A DNA stretch of 64,000 bases from Cyanobacteria bacterium auto_48_18 (GTDB lineage: Bacteria > Cyanobacteriota > Vampirovibrionia > Obscuribacterales > Obscuribacteraceae). Both the position numbers and the translations under genes were made by a program. The stretch is from contig JAVHQC010000016.1 in assembly GCA_036170915.1 (NCBI GenBank), positions 69,527 to 133,526 on the forward strand, written 5' to 3'. This document shows, one piece after another, positions 52,868 through 62,865 of the stretch; within the stretch, counting starts at the first letter, position 1; every line of letters starts with the position of its first letter. The notes beneath the pieces are model-generated. The model had not been told where the DNA came from. It made no database searches and saw only the letters and a program-made list of their open reading frames with translations.

Positions 52868-54421
52868 CTAGAACTTTTCAGCCACCGACTTGGCTTGAGT
52901 GAAGAGCAATAGATAGTCACGGCCACCGGCCTTCGAGTCGGTGCCGCTCATGTTAAAACCGCCGAAGGGGTGCACGCCCACAAGGGCTCCGGTACATTTG
53001 CGGTTGAGGTAAAGATTGCCTACATGAAACTCGCGACGGGCGCGCTCGAGGTGACTGCGGTTACGCGAATAAAGAGCACCGGTTAAACCGAACTCAGTAT
53101 TATTGGCCACTTCAAGAGCATGATCGAAATCTTGAGCTTTAATTATGGCCAGTACCGGCCCGAAGATTTCTTCCAGTGAGATGCGAGCGGCGGGGGCTAC
53201 GCCCGAAATCACAGTGGGCTCAATGTAGAAGCCACCATCTTTGGTGTCAATCTTATTGCCGCCGCATTCCAGTTTGCCTTCTTTTTTACCAATTTCGATG
53301 TATTCGAGAATGCTTTTATAGGCCGACTTTGAGCTGACAGGGCCATAATTGTTGAGGCGTTCTTCCGGGGTACCTATCTTCAAGGCACGGGTGCGTTCCA
53401 CCACTTTTGCCACTACTTCGTCATAGACGCTTTGATCAATGATTGCCCGTGAGCAGGCTGAGCATTTCTGGCCCTGGAAGCCAAACGCAGCAGCTACAAT
53501 TCCTTCTGCTGCCATGTCAAGATCGCAATCGGCATCAACGATAATTGAATCTTTGCCGCCCATTTCTGCCACCACCCGTTTGATCCAGAGCTGGCCCGCT
53601 TGTGGTTTAGCCGCCAGTTCGTTAATGCGCAGGCCCACTTCTTTTGAGCCGGTAAAAGCAATATAGCGAGTCTTGGGATGAGTGACGAGGAAATCGCCCA
53701 CACTGGCTCCAGGCCCAGGTAAGAAATTAAGCACGCCTTTTGGCAGTCCGGCTTCTTCCATTACTTCCACAAACTGATAAGCGATGGCTGGCGTTTCAGA
53801 AGATGGTTTGAGAATGACTGTGTTGCCCGTCACTATTGATGCACTGGTCATACCGACACAGATGGCCAGTGGGAAATTCCACGGTGGAATTACAAGACCA
53901 ACGCCCAGGGGAATGTAATAAAGTTCGTTTTCTTCGCCGGCATTGGGGGTGAGTGGCTGAGGGCCGCTCAAACGCAACATTTCATGAGCATAAAAATCAC
54001 AAAAATCAATTGCTTCAGCCACGTCACCGTCAGCTTCCGCCCAGCTTTTGCCAATTTCCAAAATCATCCAGGCTGAAAGTTCATGTTTACGCCGGCGCAT
54101 AATCGCCGCAGCTTTAAATAAGATGCGTGCACGCTCTTTGGGACAGGTGTTTTTCCAGCTTTCAAAAGCGGCGAGGGCGCTGCGCATGGCCTGCTCAGCC
54201 AGCTCGGTATTGGCTTTAGAAAAGTTACCAATGATTTCTTCAGGTTTAGCTGGGTTGGTAGACACCAGCAAATCCATGGTTTCGATTTTTTCGCCATTAA
54301 TGACAAGAGGATATTTTTTTCCTAACTGTCCGCGCACTTTTGCAATGGCTGCCTTAATGGCCTCTTGATTAGCAGGCAGAGTGAAATCGGTAAAAGGTTC
54401 GTTGCGGAATTCTACATTCAT
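52868..54421 (-). CDS. pruA: L-glutamate gamma-semialdehyde (P5C) dehydrogenase, RocA/PruA type
   Basis: FRNEPFTDF, PPWNFP, AEMGGKD, GQKCSAC, EEIFGP, PFGGFNMSG. Confidence 0.93.
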   Translation of the reverse strand: MNVEFRNEPFTDFTLPANQEAIKAAIAKVRGQLGKKYPLVINGEKIETMDLLVSTNPAKPEEIIGNFSKANTELAEQAMRSALAAFESWKNTCPKERARILFKAAAIMRRRKHELSAWMILEIGKSWAEADGDVAEAIDFCDFYAHEMLRLSGPQPLTPNAGEENELYYIPLGVGLVIPPWNFPLAICVGMTSASIVTGNTVILKPSSETPAIAYQFVEVMEEAGLPKGVLNFLPGPGASVGDFLVTHPKTRYIAFTGSKEVGLRINELAAKPQAGQLWIKRVVAEMGGKDSIIVDADCDLDMAAEGIVAAAFGFQGQKCSACSRAIIDQSVYDEVVAKVVERTRALKIGTPEERLNNYGPVSSKSAYKSILEYIEIGKKEGKLECGGNKIDTKDGGFYIEPTVISGVAPAARISLEEIFGPVLAIIKAQDFDHALEVANNTEFGLTGALYSRNRSHLERARREFHVGNLYLNRKCTGALVGVHPFGGFNMSGTDSKAGGRDYLLLFTQAKSVAEKF

Positions 54422-54544
54422 GTCAGGTGTCCCAAGAAAGTAAGTCACAGGTAACAGGTACAGAATATATTCTTGGCGCCGAATTCAGCGCAAAATCAAA
54501 GTTGATTTAGGGTTTTGGTTATACTTAAGTCTTGGAGAAAAAAG

Positions 54545-55360
54545 ATGAAGCAATACCTCGATTTAGTTAATCATGTCCTGGAAAACGGAGAACAGCGCAC
54601 AGATCGCACCGGCACCGGCACCATTTCGTGCTTTGGTTTGCAAAATAAGTATGATCTGCGCGAGGGTTTTCCACTTTTAACCACGAAAAAAGTCAACTTT
54701 GGCGCAGTAGTTCGCGAGTTGCTCTGGTTTTTGCGTGGCTCCACTAATATCAATGACGACCTTACGCAACATACTGCAATATGGGATGCCTGGGCCAACG
54801 GCGACGGAGAACTTGGCCCTATTTATGGTTATCAGTGGCGCAGCTGGCCGTCTTACACTTTAGACGAGCAAAGTGGTCTCTATCGCCAGGGGCATATCGA
54901 TCAGATAAGCAATGTGATCGACCAAATTAAAACCAATCCTGACAGCAGGCGTTTGATAGTGACAGCCTGGAATGTGGCTGACATTGGCAAAATGGCTTTA
55001 CCACCCTGTCATATGATGTTTCAGTTTTATGTCATCAAAGGAAGGCTTGATTTGCAGCTCTATCAACGCTCTGCCGATATCGCTGTTGGTGTTCCTTTTA
55101 ATATTGCCAGCTACGCTTTGCTCAATATTATGGTTGCTCAAGAATGCAATCTCACACCCGGAATATTTACCCATACCTTTGGTGACGCCCATATCTATTC
55201 TGATCATATGGATGGCATTAACGCACAGCTGAAGCGGGTTCCCGGACCATTGCCACGAGTAACCGTTGCCAAAAAACCTTTCTTTGATCTTAAATTTGAA
55301 GATTTCGAGTTGCATGATTATGTGCATCAAGGATTCATCAAATTTCCCGTGGCTGTATAA
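54545..55360 (+). CDS. thyA: Thymidylate synthase
   Basis: DRTGTGT, LPPCH, YQRSAD, PFNIASY. Confidence 0.97.
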   Translation: MKQYLDLVNHVLENGEQRTDRTGTGTISCFGLQNKYDLREGFPLLTTKKVNFGAVVRELLWFLRGSTNINDDLTQHTAIWDAWANGDGELGPIYGYQWRSWPSYTLDEQSGLYRQGHIDQISNVIDQIKTNPDSRRLIVTAWNVADIGKMALPPCHMMFQFYVIKGRLDLQLYQRSADIAVGVPFNIASYALLNIMVAQECNLTPGIFTHTFGDAHIYSDHMDGINAQLKRVPGPLPRVTVAKKPFFDLKFEDFELHDYVHQGFIKFPVAV

Positions 55361-55912
55361 GTGCGCGAGAAATTCGACATTATTGTCGCTTGCGATTTAA
55401 ATCGCGGAATTGGCAAAAATAATACTTTGCCCTGGCGGTTGTCTCAAGATTTGAAATACTTTCGCGACCTCACCAGTGCTACTCCCGTGCCAGAAGTGCT
55501 CAATGCCGTAATCATGGGCAGAAAAACCTGGGAGTCAATTCCGCCTGCTCACCGTCCACTTAAAGGGCGCATCAACATTGTGCTTTCGCACCACGCCGAT
55601 TATCCGATGCCCGAGGGGCATTTCGTTGCCACCTCATTTGATCAGGCTCTGGAGATGTTGATTCCTGCACCAGTCGACCGTGTCTTTGTCATCGGTGGTG
55701 CTGAAATTTACGCCCAGGCAATGCAGCACCCCAGCTGTGGTTTACTGTATTTGACTGAAGTAAGAGCGGTCTTTGATTGTGATACTTTTTTGCCCGAATA
55801 TAAGCCGACTTTTCAATTGCTTTCTTGTTCAGAAGTAGAGAGTGAGGCCAATATAGAATTTTGCTTCAAAGTCTATCAATACAATTTTCCTGAATACTTA
55901 CTTGCCGAATGA
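55361..55912 (+). CDS. folA: Dihydrofolate reductase
   Basis: GIGKNNTLPW, VIMGRKTWESIP, RPLKGRINIVLS, FVIGGAEIY, DCDTF. Confidence 0.95.
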   Translation: MREKFDIIVACDLNRGIGKNNTLPWRLSQDLKYFRDLTSATPVPEVLNAVIMGRKTWESIPPAHRPLKGRINIVLSHHADYPMPEGHFVATSFDQALEMLIPAPVDRVFVIGGAEIYAQAMQHPSCGLLYLTEVRAVFDCDTFLPEYKPTFQLLSCSEVESEANIEFCFKVYQYNFPEYLLAE

Positions 55913-56427
55913 CGCATATGCACAAATGCAAAGGTAAACTCTCACTGAAAATATGGCTATGTTGCCTGATTAGCTCAGGTTTTGCCATGGGTTGCCATCA
56001 GATCAGCGCAGCGCCGAAAAAAATTGATGAGAAATCAAAACAAGTGCCTGTGAAAGCCATGCCGGTAGGGCAATCTGGTAGTGCGATCAGTAATAAAGTT
56101 AATAGTGCCACTGGTAGTACTAATGGTAATACCGCCGGTAATACCACTAGTAATGCCGCTATTAAGGCCAGCAAGATGGTGTTTGTTAAAGCAACCTGCT
56201 GGGGCTGCCATCCGCATGGTGGAAATTCTATGAATGGCGATAAACCGCTTAAAGGCCCTGGTTTTGTCAAAAAATACAAAAGCGATATTGAGCTTGCCGC
56301 GGTTATTCGCCGAGGCAATGAAAAAATGGGTATGCCTCCTTTTCCCCCAGAAAAACTGACAGACAGCGATCTCAAACAAGTTATTGTCTTTGTCAGAAGC
56401 TTGAGCACAGCTGGGGAGACGCGGTGA
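55909..56427 (+). CDS. Exported monoheme c-type cytochrome (c6-like), possibly a lipoprotein
   Basis: CWGCH heme motif, GMPPF axial Met, signal ending AMGC, N/S/T-rich linker. Confidence 0.85.
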   Translation: MTHMHKCKGKLSLKIWLCCLISSGFAMGCHQISAAPKKIDEKSKQVPVKAMPVGQSGSAISNKVNSATGSTNGNTAGNTTSNAAIKASKMVFVKATCWGCHPHGGNSMNGDKPLKGPGFVKKYKSDIELAAVIRRGNEKMGMPPFPPEKLTDSDLKQVIVFVRSLSTAGETR

Positions 56428-57017
56428 AGGGCAAGAAAATTGAGTTCACGGCAGACCTGGTATTGCGCGCTTACTGCCAGGGAATTTTCCCCATGGGCGA
56501 CAACAATCAACCGGGTGCAATCAACTGGTACTCACCTGACCCCCGCTGTATTTTCGATTTTGAAACTTTCCATGCCTCTAAAAGGTTGATGCGCACTTAT
56601 CGCAATGGCGGCTTCGAGTTTAAAGTCGATAACGCTTTTGAAGAAGTAATGTGGGCTTGCGCCGATCGTGAAAATACATGGATTACAGAAGAGATAGTGC
56701 GTGTATACAGTCAGTTGAATCAACATGGCTACGCACATTCGGTCGAAACTTACTTCGAAGGCCAGCTGGTGGGTGGTCTATACGGTGTCAGCATTGGTGG
56801 AGCATTCATGGGTGAGTCTATGTTTCAGCGCATGACCGACGCTTCAAAAGTGGCTTTGATCTTTCTTGTGGAGAGACTCAAAGAAAGAGGATTTGTACTG
56901 CTTGATACTCAGTATATGAACAAACACCTGGCCAGTTTCAACGCCAGGAATATTTCCCGTGATGAATATCTGACCAGGTTGAATGAGGCATTAGAGTTAG
57001 ACTGCCGGTTCGACTAA
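56424..57017 (+). CDS. aat: Leucyl/phenylalanyl-tRNA-protein transferase
   Basis: AYCQGIFPM, WYSPDPR, AHSVE, LVGGLYGV, FMGESMF, DASKVAL. Confidence 0.95.
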   Translation: MKGKKIEFTADLVLRAYCQGIFPMGDNNQPGAINWYSPDPRCIFDFETFHASKRLMRTYRNGGFEFKVDNAFEEVMWACADRENTWITEEIVRVYSQLNQHGYAHSVETYFEGQLVGGLYGVSIGGAFMGESMFQRMTDASKVALIFLVERLKERGFVLLDTQYMNKHLASFNARNISRDEYLTRLNEALELDCRFD

Positions 57018-57037
57018 CGTTCTATTTATTTGCCGAC

Positions 57038-57256
57038 TTATTTGCCGACCATTTTTTTCATGCCGTTGCCCATGGCTCTGAAGCCGGCGGCAAGGCCGTG
57101 ACCAATTTTCTTTGGTGCCCACATGATGCCGTTGCCGACTTTTTGAGCACCAGCTTTGAACTTGTTGTCATCAGCTGCGCTGGCAGCGTTGCTTGAAGCG
57201 ATTGTGGCTGCCAAAGCAACACAGCAGGCTACTAAAATTGCAGTTTTCGATTTCAT
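57038..57256 (-). CDS. Small exported hypothetical protein
   Basis: Signal peptide MKSKTAILVACCVALAATIASSNAASA; basic amphipathic mature part. Confidence 0.6.
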   Translation of the reverse strand: MKSKTAILVACCVALAATIASSNAASAADDNKFKAGAQKVGNGIMWAPKKIGHGLAAGFRAMGNGMKKMVGK

Positions 57257-57330
57257 TTTCTTACTTCCCAGGTGATTAGACGGAGAGCCGTTTTTGCGAT
57301 CATACATTTTTACGATCATATATTTTCACA

Positions 57331-58797
57331 TCATACAGTGGATTTGTAAAATATCAGTGTTTTCACCACAATGGGAAGTGACTGAGTGTTGGGGTCTGAA
57401 GAACTGGACACCGGTGTACCAATGTCGATGTAGTCACCTTCGTCAGCGTTGATACCATCTACAGTAATTATTCTCTTATCTGGCAGCTGACCTTGCAAAA
57501 GCAAACGCAATGCCATGGCTAAATCAGCGTCGCTGACAATTACCAGTGGTTCTCTTGCTTTATGCGAAAGGAAAGATTGTGATAGTTGCGCAGACAATTG
57601 AGTGAGAAATTGAAACGAAAGCATATCTCTAGTAATACCACTGAGCACCAGCGCAACTGCTTCTTTGCTCCAATCGTGTTCTCGTTGTTTGAGCTGGTGG
57701 TTGATTGTGTTTTCAAGACAGTCAGTGTTATTCGGTAGTATAGGCAGCTTGATGGTTTTGAGGTTTCGTAGAGGCAATGATGCCAGCAGATTTTGATCAA
57801 ATCCAATGGTAGAGCCACTTAGTTGCAGCGTATGCAAACCAGCACCAATCACTGTGGCACGTATGGCCCGCGGCGAAATTTGAAATCTAATTTGCCTGGT
57901 CGTGAGTTCTTCTTTTAAGGCGCGAGCAAGATAGACACCCATGTCGTCATAACGATGCAAATTTGTTTCGTCAAAAACACTAGCGACGCCGCCGCTGAGC
58001 CAGATTTCATCAAATTCAACAACATGCAAATTATCTGTCAGCATCAGCTGTGGCAGCGCAATTTCAGCTCCTGCTGCTACCGCTAAAATCAGTTGAGCGC
58101 TATGTTTCGCCAAATTTTCAATCATGCTGAAATCGGTGTGCTCATTTCCTTTAAGTTTGTCATCACTGAGCAAAGCTGCGCTTTCACTAATGGCTTTGAT
58201 GGTCTTGCTTTGCGGGTGTAGTTGCACCATGCGGCCGCCCACGTTTAAACAAGCAGTGTCAATGATCTTTCCAGCTTTGATCAAAGCAAAATTACTGGTA
58301 CCACCGCCGATATCTATATTTAAAATTGTTTTGCCGCATTGTTGCGAATAATCCACAGCCAGAGAGCCTCTTGCCGCAAGAATACTTTCTAAATGTGGCC
58401 CGGCGCTTTCGGTGACAAAATGCCCTGCAAGCGCTGCCAGGCTTGCGCTTACGGCCTCAGCATTGCGCGCTCTGGCCGACTGGCCAGTTATGATCAAAGC
58501 CCCTGTTTGAATGGTGCTGCTCTGTAAACCAGCTTCACTGTAAGCCTGAGCAATTATTTGCGTCACTAATTGCGCTTCAATTTCGCCTGCTTCAGTTAAA
58601 GGTGTGGCGTAAATTGCACTTTCATGCAAGATTTCGCGATTGCTAATGGCCAGATTGGGAGCTGCGTTTACCAGTGACACATTTGCAAATGACAGTTTGC
58701 TGACAATCAAGTGTGTCGTGGTGGTGCCGATATCAATGCCGACGCTAATTATTTGATCGGTATTTGTTTGCGCAGGCAAATCTTGATTCACATTCAT
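57331..58797 (-). CDS. eutA: Ethanolamine ammonia-lyase reactivating factor
   Basis: SVGIDIGTTTT, ESAGPHLESILAARGS, NIDIGGGTSN, IRATVIGAG, GDYIDIG, PIVVKTLIF. Confidence 0.93.
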   Translation of the reverse strand: MNVNQDLPAQTNTDQIISVGIDIGTTTTHLIVSKLSFANVSLVNAAPNLAISNREILHESAIYATPLTEAGEIEAQLVTQIIAQAYSEAGLQSSTIQTGALIITGQSARARNAEAVSASLAALAGHFVTESAGPHLESILAARGSLAVDYSQQCGKTILNIDIGGGTSNFALIKAGKIIDTACLNVGGRMVQLHPQSKTIKAISESAALLSDDKLKGNEHTDFSMIENLAKHSAQLILAVAAGAEIALPQLMLTDNLHVVEFDEIWLSGGVASVFDETNLHRYDDMGVYLARALKEELTTRQIRFQISPRAIRATVIGAGLHTLQLSGSTIGFDQNLLASLPLRNLKTIKLPILPNNTDCLENTINHQLKQREHDWSKEAVALVLSGITRDMLSFQFLTQLSAQLSQSFLSHKAREPLVIVSDADLAMALRLLLQGQLPDKRIITVDGINADEGDYIDIGTPVSSSSDPNTQSLPIVVKTLIFYKSTV

Positions 58798-59522
58798 CCG
58801 AGCTGTTGCAATTTGACTCCAGAAACTTGCTTTTGGAGAATTCTTTCAATTGTTTTGACGATGAATGCCCCGGCCTCAGTTGGTGGAGTGCCGCGACGGT
58901 GAATATTGGATACAACCGTCCGATCTGAACTTACCGTGTGAGGGCCCGGATTATAAGTAATGTAGGCTGATAGACCGCTGGCGCAAGATAGCCCGGGTCT
59001 TTCGCCAATTAAATTCAAGGCTACTTTGGCCTTAAGCTGAAAAGCAATTTGATCGGCGATGGCTACTCGTGCATACCTGGCAACAATAGTGCGGCCAATA
59101 GTTATGTTGCTTTGAGCAAAACCAAATTCCAGCATGGCAAAAAGATCCGCCAGATTTTCTTCTACAGCAAGGGCCGACAATCCATCGCTTACCACTATTT
59201 GTACGTCGGCGCCGGATAGACAATCTTTTTCCAAGTCAGCAACTATTTGGTCGGGTGCTCTTTTACCTTTGGGTGGATAGAGAATGAAATCGCTGCGATC
59301 AGCCGCCGTGCTTTGCAGCACAGGAAAATTTTTGGCGGCAGCAAAGCTTTGCAGAAAATCTTCACTCAATTCGCTGTGCACAGCGTCACGAGCAAGGGCG
59401 TGATCAGCTCGAAATTTGAGCCAGGTTGCCGTCATTGGTCTAGACCCAGCACGCATAACACCAATTCTTGCTGGTGTAAGCGTTTGCAGCCTTGTAATCA
59501 GTTGAGGGTCGAATGGAGAAAT
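58794..59522 (-). CDS. eutC: Ethanolamine ammonia-lyase light chain (start uncertain; ATT at 59522 proposed)
   Basis: TPARIG, FRADHALARDAV, SDGLS, LIGERPGL, LSAY, SNIH. Confidence 0.9.
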   Translation of the reverse strand: MSPFDPQLITRLQTLTPARIGVMRAGSRPMTATWLKFRADHALARDAVHSELSEDFLQSFAAAKNFPVLQSTAADRSDFILYPPKGKRAPDQIVADLEKDCLSGADVQIVVSDGLSALAVEENLADLFAMLEFGFAQSNITIGRTIVARYARVAIADQIAFQLKAKVALNLIGERPGLSCASGLSAYITYNPGPHTVSSDRTVVSNIHRRGTPPTEAGAFIVKTIERILQKQVSGVKLQQLG

Positions 59523-59589
59523 TTTCGCTGCTCCTCTGGCTCTGAGTATGTCATAGGGTACACTATTGAATTTCTCACGAGCGGAAATA

Positions 59590-60960
59590 TTGATCACTCT
59601 CGATACCAAACTAGACGGCCGCAACTATCGATTTGCAGAAATCAAAACAGTTCTCGCTTGTGCCAATGAAGAAAAGTCAGGCGATCGACTGGCGCAAATT
59701 GGAAGCAAGAGTGAGCTCGAGCGAGTTGCCGCCAAATATGTTCTCAGTGGCTTGACTCTCGAATCGCTGCGTCAGGCACCAGTTGTTGCCTATGACGAAG
59801 ATGAAGTAACGCGGTTGATTGACGACAGCCTTGATGTGGAAGCCTACGAGAAAATAAAAAGTTGGACAGTCGCTGACTTGAGGGAATTTTTACTCAGCAG
59901 CACAACCGATCTCAAGAGCATTGAAGCAATTCGTTGGGGTTTGACCGGTGAAATGGTGGCCGCCGTCACCAAGCTGATGTCGAATCTCGATTTGATTTTG
60001 GCCGCTAAAAAATGTCAGGTAATTGTAAAAGCAAAGACTACTCTCGGATTAAGCGGAAGGCTTGCATCGCGCTTGCAGCCTAACCATCCGTCTGATTCTA
60101 TTGAAGGCATCAAGGCTTCAATTTTTGAAGGTTTGTCTTATGGAGTTGGTGATGCAGTGATTGGAATCAATCCTGTTTACGACAGTGCAGACACTGTGGC
60201 GCGGTTATTGCATGAGACAGACAAAATTATTCAGCGCTTACAAATTCCGACCCAAAACTGCATTCTTTCGCATATCACCACACAGATGAAAGCGATTGAA
60301 CGGGGTGCACCGGCCGGCCTTATTTTTCAAAGCATTGCCGGCAGCGAGAAAGGCAATACTGCTTTCGGCATCAATCTGGAGATGCTCAAAGAAGCTGCAC
60401 AGCTTGGCAAAAAGAATATTTCGTCGACTATTCCTTTTATGTATTTTGAAACCGGTCAGGGCTCTGAACTTTCTTCACTTTCGCATTTTGATGCCGATCA
60501 AGTGACCATGGAAGCCCGCTGTTATGCACTGGCTAGATGTTTCGAACCGTTTTTGGTCAATGACGTAGTTGGTTTTATTGGGCCTGAATATCTGGCAGAC
60601 GGCAGGCAAATGATTCGCGCTGGACTTGAAGATCATTTCATGGCCAAACTGCTCGGTTTGCCTATGGGTGTTGATGCCTGTTACACAAATCACATGAATG
60701 CCGACCAGAACGATCTGGAAAATCTCACAATTTTGCTCACAGCCGCCGGCGTCAATTATTTTATGGGCGTGCCCATGGGTGATGATGTGATGCTGTCATA
60801 TCAGAGCACAAGCTTTCACGATATTGCTTCATTGCGCGAAATCAATAACCTCAGGCCTGCTCCTGAGTTTGAAGCCTGGTTGGAATCAATCGGCATCATG
60901 AAGGAAGGCAAGCTTACTGAACAGGCAGGCAACGCCGGGTTTATTGCCCAGATGTATTAA
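59590..60960 (+). CDS. eutB: Ethanolamine ammonia-lyase heavy chain (start 59590 or 59566)
   Basis: ANEEKSGD, RLQPNHP, GDAVIGINP, YFETGQGS, VVGFIGPEY, EDHF, CYTNH. Confidence 0.96.
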   Translation: MITLDTKLDGRNYRFAEIKTVLACANEEKSGDRLAQIGSKSELERVAAKYVLSGLTLESLRQAPVVAYDEDEVTRLIDDSLDVEAYEKIKSWTVADLREFLLSSTTDLKSIEAIRWGLTGEMVAAVTKLMSNLDLILAAKKCQVIVKAKTTLGLSGRLASRLQPNHPSDSIEGIKASIFEGLSYGVGDAVIGINPVYDSADTVARLLHETDKIIQRLQIPTQNCILSHITTQMKAIERGAPAGLIFQSIAGSEKGNTAFGINLEMLKEAAQLGKKNISSTIPFMYFETGQGSELSSLSHFDADQVTMEARCYALARCFEPFLVNDVVGFIGPEYLADGRQMIRAGLEDHFMAKLLGLPMGVDACYTNHMNADQNDLENLTILLTAAGVNYFMGVPMGDDVMLSYQSTSFHDIASLREINNLRPAPEFEAWLESIGIMKEGKLTEQAGNAGFIAQMY

Positions 60961-60978
60961 CTGACCAGACTTAAGCAT

Positions 60979-61671
60979 TCAGAATCCGGAAGCGCCACCA
61001 GGTGTCGCACCAGAGCCGGATCCCGAACTAGAACTTGATCCAGACCCAGATCCAGAACTAGAACTCGAACTTGACTCTTCTGAATCAGAGCTGGACGATG
61101 CCGCTGGTTGGCGACGCTGCATATTTGCAATTTGGGCTGAGATGATTCGGTCGCCCGGGCTAATGCGGTAAATGTTGGCCAGGCCGTCCACTACGCCGCC
61201 GAACACAGCATACTGGCCGTTCAATTGCGGCATCGATTTTTTCAAAATGTAAAACTGACAGCTGGCCGAATCACGATTTTGTCCCCTGGCCATGGCCACC
61301 ACTCCGGCAGCATTGTGGTTCAGATTGCGATGAGTTTCCAGGCGAATGTAGCGCTTTTGACCGGTGTCGGGATCGGTGTAGTCACCGGTGCCGTTGCCGT
61401 AAGGGCAACCGCCTTGAATTACCCAACCTTCCACCCGGTGAAATAGCTTACCGTTGTAATAACCACGCGAGACCAGGTCGAGAAAATTATTGGCGGTGTA
61501 CGGAACCATGTTGCGAAATACACGAATAACAATGGGACCTTTGGTGGTTTGCATCACCACAATCGGATCGGCGTCGGCCCACGCGGGGCATAATGTTGTG
61601 GCTGAGGACAATATGGCCGTCAGCAAAATCACAAACAATTTTTTCAGTTGTGCAGGGGTTAACTTCATCAA
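60979..61671 (-). CDS. Exported cyclophilin-type peptidyl-prolyl isomerase with Ser/Gly-rich tail
   Basis: FHRVEGWVIQGGCP, VAMAR, SASCQFYI, LNGQYAVFG. Confidence 0.92.
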   Translation of the reverse strand: MMKLTPAQLKKLFVILLTAILSSATTLCPAWADADPIVVMQTTKGPIVIRVFRNMVPYTANNFLDLVSRGYYNGKLFHRVEGWVIQGGCPYGNGTGDYTDPDTGQKRYIRLETHRNLNHNAAGVVAMARGQNRDSASCQFYILKKSMPQLNGQYAVFGGVVDGLANIYRISPGDRIISAQIANMQRRQPAASSSSDSEESSSSSSSGSGSGSSSSSGSGSGATPGGASGF

Positions 61672-61872
61672 TAATATTTAGACTTTTTGTCAGGAGAGTT
61701 TGAAATTCTATATATAAGGTATGGAATAGAAAATAATGGAATGGGAAATAATTGTGGACGATGTCTGTGGAATTTTCTTTTGTAGTCTTTGATTTTGGAT
61801 CCTACAAAAGCTATTTACCCAACTCTAAGATAATCAAAAATTATTAGCGGAAACTCGAAAGGCGGCTCATAC

Positions 61873-62865
61873 ATGGCTCTATATGCGGATCTTCACAGGC
61901 ACCTTGGTGGAGCACTGCATCCTCGGATCATTTACAAGTTTCTACAGCGAACTGATCATGCAGTACTCAGTTACTTTCCTGACTATGATGGTTTTTACAA
62001 CTGGTTTACGCGACCGTGCCGCACGTTAGAAGAATTCGTCAAAATTCACTCGCTGGTTGAAGAACTTCAAAGTCTTGAACATCTCCCTTATTTTTGTTTG
62101 CGTCTCTGTCGCGGCGCTTACACTTTCGAAAACTTGCAATATTTGGAACTGCGTTATAACCCTTACTTTCGTACTGACCATAAACTAACGCCGGCCAAAA
62201 GGCTGGCACAGATGAACTTGATTGTCGAAGTAATTACGATGAATTTGCGCCCCAGCGAATATCCGATTACCGTCAAACAGATTCTCTGTTTTGATCGTCG
62301 TCTGCCTTTGAAAATCAATGAGGCCATTCTCAAAGTAGCAATGGATAATCTTGGGCCGGTGGTTGGAGTCGATCTGGCTGGCCCGGAAATAAATACTGAG
62401 AAGACTGAAGAATGGATCAAGCTCATGGCTCGAGCACGAGCCTCTGGTCTGAAGACAACGTGCCACCTTGGTGAGACCAGTATAGATAATGTCGATTCGC
62501 GTTACTTCGCTCACCTCGATCGCATCGGTCACGGTATTCACATTCCTTTGCAAAAACCGAGCATGCTCAGAGAACTATCAAAGCGACAGATTACTCTCGA
62601 GGTATGTCCGACCAGTTACAAACAAACAGGAGTCTTGAAAGATTTCTCAGAGCTCAAGATCGTTTTTCAGCGCTGTAGAGAGGCTGGCGTGGCCATCGCT
62701 GTGTGCACTGACAATCCGGGGAGAAATCCATCACCTTGCACTTTGCCTGGCGAGTACGAGCGTCTGATCGATGCCGACGTTATTGATTTTCATGAACTGA
62801 AAGAAATCCAGGGTGAAGCATTTAGATCTGCCTTCGGCTTTGTCGGTGCAACACGCATACTTTGA
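61873..62865 (+). CDS. Adenosine/AMP deaminase family protein
   Basis: DLHRHLGG, YLELRYNP, GVDLAG, CHLGE, RIGHG, LEVCPTS, CTDNP. Confidence 0.9.
   Translation: MALYADLHRHLGGALHPRIIYKFLQRTDHAVLSYFPDYDGFYNWFTRPCRTLEEFVKIHSLVEELQSLEHLPYFCLRLCRGAYTFENLQYLELRYNPYFRTDHKLTPAKRLAQMNLIVEVITMNLRPSEYPITVKQILCFDRRLPLKINEAILKVAMDNLGPVVGVDLAGPEINTEKTEEWIKLMARARASGLKTTCHLGETSIDNVDSRYFAHLDRIGHGIHIPLQKPSMLRELSKRQITLEVCPTSYKQTGVLKDFSELKIVFQRCREAGVAIAVCTDNPGRNPSPCTLPGEYERLIDADVIDFHELKEIQGEAFRSAFGFVGATRIL

Noticed and set aside
55358..55363. thyA-folA readthrough fusion (same frame, zero gap)
   Set aside because: The stop is TAA, ThyA ends at its normal conserved C-terminus (PVAV), and known bifunctional enzymes have the order DHFR-TS
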